This document shows, piece after piece, positions 1 through 11,517 of a stretch of 64,000 nt of DNA. The notes below the pieces were generated by a model. The model had not been told where the DNA came from and ran no database searches. It was given only the letters and a program-made list of their open reading frames with translations. Position numbers and translations under genes: made by a program. The stretch is from Tubiluchus corallicola. Taxonomy: Eukaryota; Animalia; Priapulida. The DNA lies in the NCBI GenBank assembly GCA_030141605.1, contig JAQGDQ010000022.1:1116001-1180000 (forward strand), written 5' to 3'. Every line of letters begins with the position of its first letter. The stretch's first letter is position 1.

Positions 1-209
1 TGTCTTTAAGGGTAGTATTTGTTAAGTAATGATGCATGTTGAGCTTTTTTAAATTGCAGTTCAGTAGGAACATTTTATTCTGAAGGAACTACACTTACAG
101 TCTGTGTGTCAGTATGTGATGCTGTTACAAATATCAACTGCTTTCATCACTGTGTGCCATCCCTAGGCATGTCTAATAGTAAGAATTGTTATGTATTTCG
201 CATTTTCAG

Positions 210-2371
210 GTGTGTATGGCTTCCCACGTTGCCCTGGTGACAACTCAACACTCTGCGATATTGTTAGGAAGCTCCTGAACTTGGGAGCATATACTAGGTG
301 ATCATTCACCTGCTTAAGCCATCTATAGTACCTGATATTTTAACTGTGTCTTTTTCAGTGTGCTCAGCAACATGGCTGAGTTGTTCCTAGTTAGTTTCTG
401 AATGGGCTAGAGAAGTTTTACGTCAATGTGAACTTATTTTGCCAAGAACTTCAAATTAAATGCTTGTCCTGGAAATCTGGAGCACAAGGAAATTGTTTGC
501 TAACTTATCCAGTATTCCAAACTCTGACAAGTTGTACATGTCGAGTATGATTTAGTATTTAGTATTTACTCTAGTCTCTAATGTGAGCAAACTAACAGTT
601 CAGAATGTTGGGACTGAATTATGACTTTGATTATAGGGGGCTAGTAACGATCACATTGACTTGTAATCCCAAGGTCCTTGCTTCAAACCAGCTCAGTCAC
701 AACTTTTCGTACATTTCTGTGCTTTCAGTTAAGTTTTGTTGCGAAAATTCGTCATTATTCTCTCAGATTTATAAATAGTTAATTTATTGTGAACTGGAAA
801 TTTGTTTGCCACTGGTTTAGAAGTGTGCTATTGGCCATTTTGCATTTGCTTTGCTACTTCTGCAATTATAATCAATTAGGTTTGAATAAAAGGAAAAATG
901 CGCTTTCTACTTTTAAAACATCGTAAAAAAATTTCTGTGTTATCAGGTCTTTAACTTCTCAAATTAGATACTGCTGCTGTTCTATGATTGCTAAAAGTAA
1001 TACAATTGTTTGTTTTTTCATGCACATTATCATTTGATGGACGAACACATTTACAGCTTTGTGCAGCACAAGTATGTATTTGTAGTTTTTAAACTGTATA
1101 GTTTAATATTAGTAATTGTGTCGCATTAAGCAGTAATCAAGATGGCAACTGTCATTATAACAACTTTTAATGTGTACAGCTAATAGATAAGCTTAATAAT
1201 AATCGTCAAAAATAATAAACTCACTAATTATAGATGATACCGTAATTATAATTAGGCTAATAAATAGGTTTATTTTATAATTAAATTTGCAGTTTAGTGC
1301 AAGCGCAGTATTGGCATGATCCACTAAATGAAGAACTGTACCGAAATAAAAGTATTTTCCTTGCAGATGTTAATCAAGAAAATGTAAGTTATTGATATTG
1401 TCTTTTTAGTACACCTTCTCAATATCATGTGTTTCTGCTTTTCCTCTTGTAGCATATTGTTGATTTATATACCCGAAACCTAAGTCTAATGTTACTATAC
1501 AGCTTAATGTTATTGAATAATTATTTAATAAGGATATTATTTGTATTTTGTATAGCATGTGCTCTTATTATTTGCAGGTCAAGAATCCAAAGTACAAGGA
1601 AAACCTGGCAAAACTGAAGAATTTTGTGATGGTTATGTTTGCAGATGATACCATGGTGGATCCGAAAGAATCTGAGGTAAAAAAATTGAATTCTTTAATG
1701 TAGATTCAAATTTTTAGTAATTTAAATGTTGAAATCAGAAATCGATTATCTATTAGTAGCAAAAATGACATTAAGATCTAAAAGTTTTCCTGAAATTGTT
1801 AAAAAAAGCAAGTGATATGTAAAGCACTAAGTTGTCTTGGCATACCATCTTAAAAAACATTAACAGACAGACACGTATTGTTCCATGACTAGTTTGAAAG
1901 CATTTCACGTGCTGCCACACAGCAAACTTGGCACTCTGCAAAATAGATCTGCTACTCAGTGGCAGTGCTGATTGTGGTAGGACTGGCATCTTGCTTATGA
2001 TCAAGGTATCCTTCAAGTCTAAGAGTCTATGAACCAGAAGATGTGGCTCAGCCTTTTTCGAATGTGAATATATCCCTTCAACAAGCTGTGTTCATATGTT
2101 CAACCTATGGTCACATGGTCACCCATTCGTTTGCTGAGCAGCCTCAGTTAATATTCTATTTGATTTTTTATAGTGGTTTGGCTACTATGTTCCTGGACAG
2201 TCAGAGAAGCTTATGACTTTGCAAGAAAGTCTGCTGTACAAAGAGGACTGGCTTGGCCTTAAACAAATGGACAAGAACAAGAAACTACACTTCCTCACTT
2301 CTCCTGGAAATCATCTTCAATTTTCTGAGCAGTGGTTTATCGACAATATTCTGAACAAATTTGTTAAATGA
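210..2371 (+). CDS. PPT1: Palmitoyl-protein thioesterase 1, 3' part (5' exons lie upstream of the window)
   Basis: GT-AG exons 210-297, 1057-1071, 1293-1383, 1578-1676 and 2174-2371 splice in frame to [65 protein letters not shown]...[23 protein letters not shown]...[11 protein letters not shown]...*. This matches PPT1, including the catalytic Asp and His regions. Confidence 0.95.
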
Positions 2372-3653
2372 ATTGCCGTCTTAGAAGCCAACTAAGTAGC
2401 TACAAATTTAATCTAGCAATGTAAGACCCCTTTGTGTTATTTGTTTTATTATTATATGGTTACTAATAATCAAAACATTGAGAATAATCGAGAAAAAAAT
2501 TCTAAGTGTTGTATTAATGAGCAGCTGCATAGTTTAATATTTATGCTTCTGTCGGTTCAGTGTAAATCACAGTAAATAGTTTTTTTTGGTACTATAGTTT
2601 GATGTGAAGGTTCCGACATGGGCTCATGGCGTTACCTCAGTGTACCACATGCTTTGTCAGCTACTGAGTTGGTTTTTAATTGGGAAATCTAACAAAATTC
2701 CAAAGGCTGTGATCTTACCGTGATTGTCAATGTAATATATAATACTATGGCCTGGCGCTTATGTTTTTATTAACGATATTTGTCCCATGTATAAATGAAT
2801 TAGCAAATATAAAATTTTCAAATAACAAAATACTTAAGTAGTTATCAATTGCTTCTTTGTTTATGTATTAAATGTCATTTTAAAATCCCAGTGCTAATAA
2901 ATATTTTGCATAACAGCTGTAACTGACCTCTCTGATGCCACATCCCAGCTAATGTGCTAGCCAATTACATGTACGCTAATTTCAGCTTACATATATGAGC
3001 ACAGCTGTCACGAGTAGTCTTGGACATCCGTATCAAGTGTACAACATTCAAGTGTACAAGAGAAAATGAAATTTAAGCATAACGGACTAGACAAGCATGG
3101 TCAAAAGGTGCTAGTGAGTGTCCGCAAGTCACACAGTCTGTATCCAGGTTGATTTCAGAAATTTCACATGTATTTGCTATATTTAATAATAATCTACATA
3201 CACACAAACATATATATATGTTTTTGTGTATTGTTAAACTTAACAAACCCCTTACAAGCTAATGGCCTGGAATAACTTCTTATCTTAATAAACAATGTCA
3301 TTAAGATATTTAACCTCCAAGTAACATGTTAGCTATACTATATACAAATTTATGTGCTGTGCAGCTGTTCACCAACAGGTGTCCAAGCAGGTCACCATCA
3401 GGTGTACTAATATCACACGGGTGGATGGAGTAACCTTTCCAGAGATGTCTGTTGCTCTTAAAATGGTGCTTCGAATATCTCATGCAATTTACAATATTTT
3501 GTCTATAATTTGTAAATATATTTCTAATAGTCTGAGGGCATTGTCAAGCAATAAAATATGAATAAAAATTATTACTAGTTGTGGTGTGAAATTTTATAGA
3601 ATAAACCAATGAGGCTTGACTACAGTTTATGATGAAATCTGCTTTTATTGTAT

Positions 3654-5027
3654 CTATCTTGTACTGGTTAGCACTGCTTCATTAAAATTTGGGTTAAACG
3701 ACACTTCGCGGCAAGTCAAATTGCGTAAATTAACAAGTGCAAAACTGGCTGTGTCAGAAAATTTTGGGATGCACAATAATAAGACATGCTGATTATTAGG
3801 GCCAGAGAAATGCTCACATTGATATCTTGGCATATTTCCAGCAAAGTACACATGAGGGCAAGAGTTTATGATAAATGGATCTTCCTGGTAAAATGGATAG
3901 CAAGCTAAAGTGTCCGGAGCTGTTGGTGCAATATGTGTCCATTCCAGAGTATTTCCCAAAATTTTCAAGTAATCATCAAAGCCAGTAAACCTGTAAATAT
4001 CTTCAATATTCTGGCCAGAGGTGCCAAGGAAATGTACACCACCTATTGTAGCCTCATACGGATTTGAAACACTTGTAAATGTCTCAAGGTCACCTGCCAA
4101 AGGAAACAAACACCGATGCATCGGTTGCTGAGGCATAAAATGATTAGCTGGATCATACTGTCCTGGCATTATGTCAACGTGTATTGAGGTAACAAGTTGC
4201 TCTAGAACATCGTCGAGCTGTTTTACGCCTTCCGCTGTCCCGGCGGCTTGTTTTCGTACAACCAGTTTAGATGTTGTGTGGCCGGCCTCAATAGTTTCTT
4301 TGCTCAGTGATTCACCGGCAATGATCAATCTTGTTATGACTGACACATCACTCTGTTCTGTCTTTTCTCCTAAATAACCAGTTATGTAATCAATGAATAA
4401 CTGTCTAGCAAACAGTGATTTGGCTGATTTTCCAATGTGGAGACCGGAAACAATGGCAACGTATCTATCCTCTTCAATAAGCGGTAGAGCAGGCTGTACA
4501 GGAATGTCTGCAAAACAGTAATCTGTTACGTTAAAGTTTCCATCTTCTTGCTCTTTACCGCAGACGGCTATAATGACACCAGTCACCATTTGCAATATGT
4601 CAATATTTCCAACTAGCACAATACGCTGCAGTTCATCTTCCAATATGAGCTTGTCATCAGTGTCTGTGTACTTTTCTCTAGCTGGCTGTGGCAACAGGTT
4701 GTGCTCATCAGAGACTTCTTTTAAAATATTTGGTTTTAAGGTCATGTGTTTAAACAGTGTCCCAATCACAATGCACCTTTCTTCAGTATTTACTGCCGAC
4801 AGCTTCTTAATTATAATGCTGCTCCCCCACTTGTTTCTCGCAGCTTGTTGAAGGACTGGGTATCTCAGCTTGAGCCTTTCTGCATACAGGTGGGAATACT
4901 GACGTGTATAATTGTGTTGTTTTACTAGGAACCTCTCTGAGTGATTTTCATAACACGAGATCACTCTTTGAAAACAAGGTACTACATGCTTGCCTTCATC
5001 CATCACTTGGGTCTGATCTGGATTAAT
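3654..5027 (-). CDS. POLD2: DNA polymerase delta subunit 2 (B subunit), main coding exon
   Basis: 450-aa ORF with RQYSHLYAERL, LILEDELQR, DIMPGQYDPANHFMPQQPMH, GTSGQN, HIAPTAPDTLACYPF and CPHVYFAGN. The acceptor ttttacctttag ending at 5028 extends the frame in phase 0 (INPDQTQVMDE). Confidence 0.95.
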   Translation of the reverse strand: MNPDQTQVMDEGKHVVPCFQRVISCYENHSERFLVKQHNYTRQYSHLYAERLKLRYPVLQQAARNKWGSSIIIKKLSAVNTEERCIVIGTLFKHMTLKPNILKEVSDEHNLLPQPAREKYTDTDDKLILEDELQRIVLVGNIDILQMVTGVIIAVCGKEQEDGNFNVTDYCFADIPVQPALPLIEEDRYVAIVSGLHIGKSAKSLFARQLFIDYITGYLGEKTEQSDVSVITRLIIAGESLSKETIEAGHTTSKLVVRKQAAGTAEGVKQLDDVLEQLVTSIHVDIMPGQYDPANHFMPQQPMHRCLFPLAGDLETFTSVSNPYEATIGGVHFLGTSGQNIEDIYRFTGFDDYLKILGNTLEWTHIAPTAPDTLACYPFYQEDPFIINSCPHVYFAGNMPRYQCEHFSGPNNQHVLLLCIPKFSDTASFALVNLRNLTCREVSFNPNFNEAVLTSTR

Positions 5028-5271
5028 CTAAAGGTAAAAAACAATCCATAAGATTATTTGGATCCATTTTGGTGGTATTAAACATAGCCATCTCAAGAAA
5101 AGATCTATCAAAAATCAAATACTTTCTACCATGATCTTCAGCCACAAAAAGGAGATGTTATGTCAAGTAAATGCCATTTTGTCTAATTCTGCTGTCAGCA
5201 ATCAATTTTCAATTTCTGTTAGTCAGGCTAGGCTTACAAATTAAGTCATGATAAGATATGTTCAGCTAGAA

Positions 5272-6240
5272 CAGTGGTTCCCAAAGTAGGGGTAAATTAC
5301 CCCCCGGGGGTAATATGGTTTTTTTGGGGGGGTAACGGGCACCCGAAAATTTTTAAAACTTCGCTCGGAATGCATTTTACGTAGTTTTCTTCTTGAAGAG
5401 ACTGCCTCCGGCAGGCAACACTGTGTCATGGGGTCCCTCATTTGGATCAATTCATCGAAACTAACGAGCAAGGTGAAGAACTGCTGGAACATGTAAAGCT
5501 GGAAATAGTTGAACACCTCAACGAGCTCGTCCAAAACTTGGAACGGTAATTCCCGGACCTGGAAACAAGATCCTTACAGTGGTGCGTACAGCCCTTTTTG
5601 GCGGAGGATGGTCAAATTGAAGACGACGATTTCCCAGCTAAAGAAGAGTGGATTGAACTGAGGCTCAACGAGGAAAACAAAATGAAATTCCAGCAGCAGA
5701 ACCTGGAAGAGTTCTGGATAGGAGAGATGGCCAGTTCACCAGTCCTTGCAGAACGGGCATTGAATATTCTCACGTGTTTTTCAACAACGTATCTGTGTGA
5801 ACAAGGTTTTTCGTCCATAATGAACATGAAAACAAAGAAAAGAAATAGGTTGGACGTGGCACGCGTTGCTTTGAGCCTGACGAAACCCAGGTTTGAGAAA
5901 CTGGCGTCCGAAAAACAGGCTCATCCGTCCCACTAACTGAGATTTTGTTGTTGTCATTCATTTCTTCTTGTTTTCGTTTGTTCGAGTAATAATTACTCGA
6001 ACGAACCTGCTCACTCAGTAATGAGCAGGTTCAGTAATTGTAATTCTTGTTTTGGCAACAATACAACAACAACACCTGGAAATTTATTTATGTCACGAGC
6101 AAACATAAATAATTTTGCTTGCTTGTGGCATATACGTGTGTTTGCTTTTTGAGTTGGAGAAGTAGTACTAGGTGGGGGGTAATGGACACGACCGGGTTTT
6201 CCGATTTGGGTAACGGTCCGAGAAAGTTTGGGAACCACTG
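5272..6240 (+). mobile_element. Internally deleted hAT (Charlie/Buster-type) DNA transposon
   Basis: TIRs CAGTGGTTCCCAAA ... TTTGGGAACCACTG; perfect 8-bp TSD AGCTAGAA (5264-5271 and 6241-6248) with central TA. The internal ORF 5598-5936 encodes the hAT C-terminal dimerisation domain (EFW...FSTTYLCEQGFS...KTKKRNRLD...QAHPSH). Confidence 0.95.
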
Positions 6241-8852
6241 AGCTAGAAGAATAATTAATGGTGAAAAGTTAAGGAGACAGGAAAAAGAGGAGCAAGTCTG
6301 GTAAGAAAACATACAAGCCAATCATTAGAATCAAAGATTATATAATTTGGTGCTTGATGAATAACAAAGGATGGCAATAGAAAGTTGCTAAAGTGATAAA
6401 ATGGAAAACAACAAAATTAATTAAACTGCATTACTATCCACTTCTTACCATAGTGTATAGAAAAGTGACTGGGAGGGATTTTATGGGGAAGATTTTGCAG
6501 TACACTTTTAAAATAATTGAGAAAGTTGTAAGAGAGTTCTAAGCCTCTAACAGTAGTCTTTAACAGGCACAAATGCAAAATTTTTAATAATATAAGCCAG
6601 AACACTGATGATGCTGTAGGTTCCTGATTCTCACATTTGCCCGAAAGGCTAAGATTAAACATTGATTAGTGGTTGACAACTTGTCAGTAAGTAACGGTAT
6701 CCAGCAAAATAGAATGTGAAGAAGAACAAATTCCATAGGCTTACTTATGACATGAACTAAGACTTAAAGAGATTGCAGTATTGCTTTGAGTACTCGGTAT
6801 AAAATTGCAGCTGGAGTACAAAAACTAAAATTAAAACAAAGTCAAAAGAGTAGAAACAAGTTTAGCAGTTCTTAATTTGATATTTAGTAACACCAACTGT
6901 TTTTTGTGTGACTTTCCGACAAAACCAGTATGCTTCTAATAAAAAAAACGAAAAAAATCTAAAACTTTTTACTATAATAAATATTCCCGCGGGATCTAAT
7001 GCAGTCAATAAGCGAAACCTTTTGCAGCAACCTCTTTTGAACACAGACCCAATCCAAAGTATACAAAGCAAAGTAGGAAATCATACTGCGCAGTAGTTCG
7101 CGCAGTTAGTGTCGCCCTAGCGGCAGTTCAGTACGGACTATTGTTGTCAGGTACGCTATAGCGCAAGCTGTGGGTACTGTAGCAGATGAATTGAAGAGAG
7201 ATGAATCAAAACCAGGCTGGTTAACAGGCGCTCATAAATTGCTCAGCAGTGAGTTGCAAAAACACAAATAAAATATCTTTTTAAATTTCGCAAGGATGCA
7301 GCTAGGTAATTATAATAAAATGTTAATTATAACACAGTTTTGTAACTTTTGTTACAAGTTAAATATTTTGTACACTAAGCAAAGACTGCAAGGCCTACAT
7401 CTCTCTTTGGCGATTTATGGCAGCTGTTATATTTTTGAATATTATTTAAAGCAAGCATAAGGCATTAAGAATAATTAGTAGTTAAAATAAAAATTATTAT
7501 AATCATATCTCATAAAAATTAATAGGCTTATTTACAAAAGTTAAGAAAGTTGATCAAAAAGAAAGTTTGCAAATACCTGGCTCATGTAGTATTTGATTTC
7601 GGGAGAAATATTTTTTCTAAAAAACATTCCTATTTAATATGTTCTTATCAGGAAATGTAACTTGAAGAAATATTAGGCCTGACTTTCATGTGTAAATTTG
7701 AATCTGCATGCGTGTCGTTACACCTTATATATCATGTGCAGACATTACTTATATTTAGCCTATTTTTTAAGATTCAGTTAGGCTTACATCAAAATAAATG
7801 TTCATTAAATACAGTTTACTTACGTGTAAAAAATGTACTTGTATAAACGTACTAATAAAACACCTGTGGCTAAATCCACTGACAAGTCTTGATAAATATT
7901 ATTTATTGATGGGCTTAAATCAATTGATTTTATACAGGCCTAGGTGTCAAGGGCAATCATTTTATATAGTTAAATATACAGGCGAAGCTTCATAGAATCT
8001 AATTTTCGGTATTTGACTCAAACTTAGCTGGTCTTATTTGTTTTTCTTTTGTTTTGTTTATTAATCAGACTCTTTAGTTATTAGTTTAATGCATGTATTT
8101 TGCAGCTTGATTCAGTTCCCTATTTGAAAGTTTATTTAAATGTTTGTTTGGCTAACTTGCTTTTCATTTTATTTAATTTGTTTTTTATTATTTTTATTTA
8201 GTATTATTGTTATTATTTTGCATGTTTTTCTCATATTGAGTTATGCATGGACGATATGACAGCTTGAACTTTGATCATTTTTTATTCCATTGTACCACGT
8301 TATTTGGCTTTTGCTTACCATTGCTTTTTGTTTATCATTTTCCTGTATGTTTAGATATCTTTGATTGCATTTTCATCCTTCAGTTATTTAAAGTTGATTA
8401 GAGAATTTTAAACAGATCATGTTGCTAAGTAAAATAGTAATAATGTAATTTCACTACTATTCGTGAGTGAAATAGTTACAGTGTCATCCCAATAATCACA
8501 TACGTCCATTGAAGGATGGCTTGACTAGTTGACCCTCTTGGTCTTTCACCATCGTATTTCCATTGTGAAAATTAAATACATTTACTTGCCTCAGTTATAT
8601 CATGAATATGGAAATAAATGAATTGTTTTGAATTGAATATATGAAGCACTGTATCATGCAATTACTTGTTGTGTGCATGCGTGTGTGTGCGAGTTATTTA
8701 TATACAAACCTAGAATATAATATATGTGTAATAATATAGATTAATTGCAGGGCACGTAAATGGGTGCAATTTTTAATGTGCCAAATTCGCTACCTCGCAT
8801 TGGAGTAAAATGACCAAAAAACAAATGGCAGAACCTTCAACAAAAGGAAAAG

Positions 8853-8990
8853 AATCTCTCTCTCTCTCTCTCTGTCTCTCTCCCTCCTCCTCTCTCTGTC
8901 TCTCTCTTTCTCTCTCTTTCGCTCCCTTTCACTGTTTCTCTTCCTCTCCCTCTCTCTTTCTCTCTCTCTCTCCCTTCCTCTCTTTCTCTC
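8853..8990. repeat. CT-rich microsatellite / polypyrimidine tract
   Basis: Imperfect (CT)n run seen directly. Confidence 0.9.
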
Positions 8991-9353
8991 TAAGAGAAGG
9001 AGGGAGAGAAAAATCAATGAATTAATAAAAAATGCATTACTTTTTTACATAGTAGGCAGCCCATCACACAGTCAGCTAGCCTCTTTCCTCAGGAAAAACA
9101 ATAAAATTTTACTTACAAGAAAACTGAAGAGGCATTTGCAAGTACATAATACAAACTTATTGCTACAATTTTTTTCCTTTTCATGAAATGTTTTCAGTTT
9201 TTTTAAACTAATAATTGCTTTTAATTGAGATATACTTCTTTTATTAAAAACGCAAAAGTGATTTTGGCTTATCAAAATTGAGCGTATGCCAACATCATTG
9301 GTGAACTTAAGAATATTATTATTGCAGTCAAAGCGGCGTTCCAAATTTTTTAC

Positions 9354-9380
9354 TGATTCGCTGTTTGATGCCGCCAGCAT
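9354..9380 (-). CDS. POLD2: Probable first coding exon of POLD2 (MLAASNSES)
   Basis: ATG at 9380 in a CpG-rich context; 27 nt followed by a GT donor (gtaaaa). Phase 0 matches the acceptor at 5028 and gives an N-terminus of typical POLD2 length. Confidence 0.6.
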
Positions 9381-9551
9381 AGCCGCCAATCGCAAAAACG
9401 AAATACGTAACAATATATTTCGTCACTTCCTCTTTCTACACTTTGCCCAATCCAAAGTGTAAAAGTCCTATCTTTGTCCACCGCGTCCGGAGCTTATCAC
9501 GTGCGTATTGAGTCACACGACTGAGTTGAGTTACGTGCAGCACATGAAGTG
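9381..9551. promoter_or_regulatory. Putative bidirectional promoter for POLD2 and MTHFSD
   Basis: CpG-enriched stretch between the POLD2 ATG (9380, -) and a plus-strand donor G|GTAAGA (9552). Contains ETS-like CACTTCC (9424), CCAAT (9386, 9447), E-box CACGTG (9498) and an E2F-like TTGGCGG on the minus strand (~9383-9389). Confidence 0.55.
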
Positions 9552-9982
9552 GTAAGAATGTTTCTTTATTATAAAAATTAATTTAAGCTGAGTTTTTTTG
9601 TTTCGGTCTCTTCACTTATTTTCATCAGCCATTTTCAACATTAATGCGAACATAAAGTTAATTGTAAGAACGTCTAACTTTACGGTCGTGAAATTTTTAA
9701 TTATGATAACCATCGAAGAGCCAGTTATCTCGGAACTTCGACCTGGTTTATCGAGATTGAATATTGTATCTAAACAATATTGGAGTTGTCAGCATAGAGA
9801 TTGGAAACGACCGAACACTTTTTAAGGTGCAATAATTGCGCAATTAATAGAGCGATAGACTTGTAGTATGTGTGGAAAATTCGCATCGTGTCAGGTTTAC
9901 CGAATGTTAGTTTGATAGACCTACTTACAAGGAGTGTTTGATTTAAGTGACATGGCATGCAAAGCTCTCATTAGAGGTCGAA

Positions 9983-10704
9983 GGCGCTATTACACTTTCG
10001 CACCGCCTAGCTTTTCCTGGCCTATTGGTTGTTTTCATGCCTGCAGGCCAGAAAGCAGACCAACAGGCGTAATATACACCATATTCCCATAATATTATTG
10101 CGGCGTACGCTTTATAAGTCCAGATTAAAATCAGATTAAAATCATGCATTACTTACCTACAGCCGCCATTAAAAGCTGCACGTGAATAATCGTGTTTACA
10201 TCACTGCTGCGCAGTCGCTCTCGCGCATTGACGTGTTGGCCTTTAACCTGTATTTTTAGTTTCTTCGCATAATTTATGATTATTAGGGTTGCATCTACGA
10301 GAGTTTGTATCGTATCGCGGGTGGGCCTGGAACGGAACAGTTATTTATCATTAATTTTATTTATTACTGTAGTATTATTACTATTAGATTATAAAAGGTT
10401 TTTTCTTTATTTCGTAAATGCGGTGAAGATGAAAGTGTGTCACGTGCTTTTAAGCTAGGCCCTGATAATGCATAAACTAGTACGAAATTCGTCACGTGAC
10501 CACACACACAAACAAGATGGCGATACTGTGTCGAACTGTGAATACAGCGTAATTATTGGTAATTATGCCTAAATAGGATTAAATTACAATTAGATTAGCG
10601 GAAACATTCACTGATGACGTAAGAATAATAGAATGATGACTTACGAGCCTAAAAACGCGTAATAACCTATAAAAAGCTAAGCGGTGCGAAAGTGTAATAG
10701 CGCC
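9983..10704. mobile_element. Non-autonomous TIR element, Merlin-like (MULE not excluded)
   Basis: 33-bp TIRs GGCGCTATTACACTTTCGCACCGC(C/T)TAGCTTTT with 1 mismatch; 9-bp TSD GAGGTCGAA / GAGGTGGAA. The terminus fits the Merlin GGNRM consensus. No transposase ORF. Confidence 0.85.
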
Positions 10705-11517
10705 GAGGTGGAACAAGTGGATTAATTTTGTTGAGCTTGTGGTTCTATAAATTATGGGTAATGAAAGTGCATTTTAAAGCAAATTAAACGGTGTCATTTG
10801 CTTTTTGTCAAAGGTCACAGTGTGCTTAAAATACGCTATAGTCACAGAATCTTTTAGTGTTATTTTTGTGCTTCTCAGTTAAGTGTGTGCAATCCAGAAG
10901 TTGTTTGCCATATTAATAGGCCTGGTATGTAGATCCAAGTTACCCACACTGGTTTATATGTGGCAAAAACAATAGTTGAGTGATCACTGTGTGCTTGGCA
11001 ACCAGAGTTAAGTGTCATCTGATCTGCTTAGTAAGTGGTTGGATGGTGGAAAATGTTTAAGTGGCTTCATACTACTGTGGCTATTTACCTTGCAAAGAAA
11101 TAGTTAAGTTAGTGCATTCAAATGTGGCTAAAATACTTTAATACGTTCACCTACTTCATTCTCACTTGTGAGAAGATTATGCTGACATTGAGCTACTTTC
11201 AAGTGCTACCACGCCATTAACATAATAAGTATGTCCTTTTGCTTGTTGCTATGGTAATAATGTTTCGAACTGAGTGGTAACTAGTTATGACAACTTGACA
11301 ATTTAACAACTCTCTGAATTGAGTAAGTGAACTGAACACAATCACTTAGCTTTTACATATCATTACAGTAAGCCTATAATGTGTAACATTGTATTATTAC
11401 GATGTATGTTAAAACCTCAATTGTTTCTTTTAGATAACTCAGCAAACCTAACCTGGCTGGTCTGGCCATTTAATGGTAAGATTGTAACAATACTGCCATT
11501 CTAAAGCATGTGGAGAA

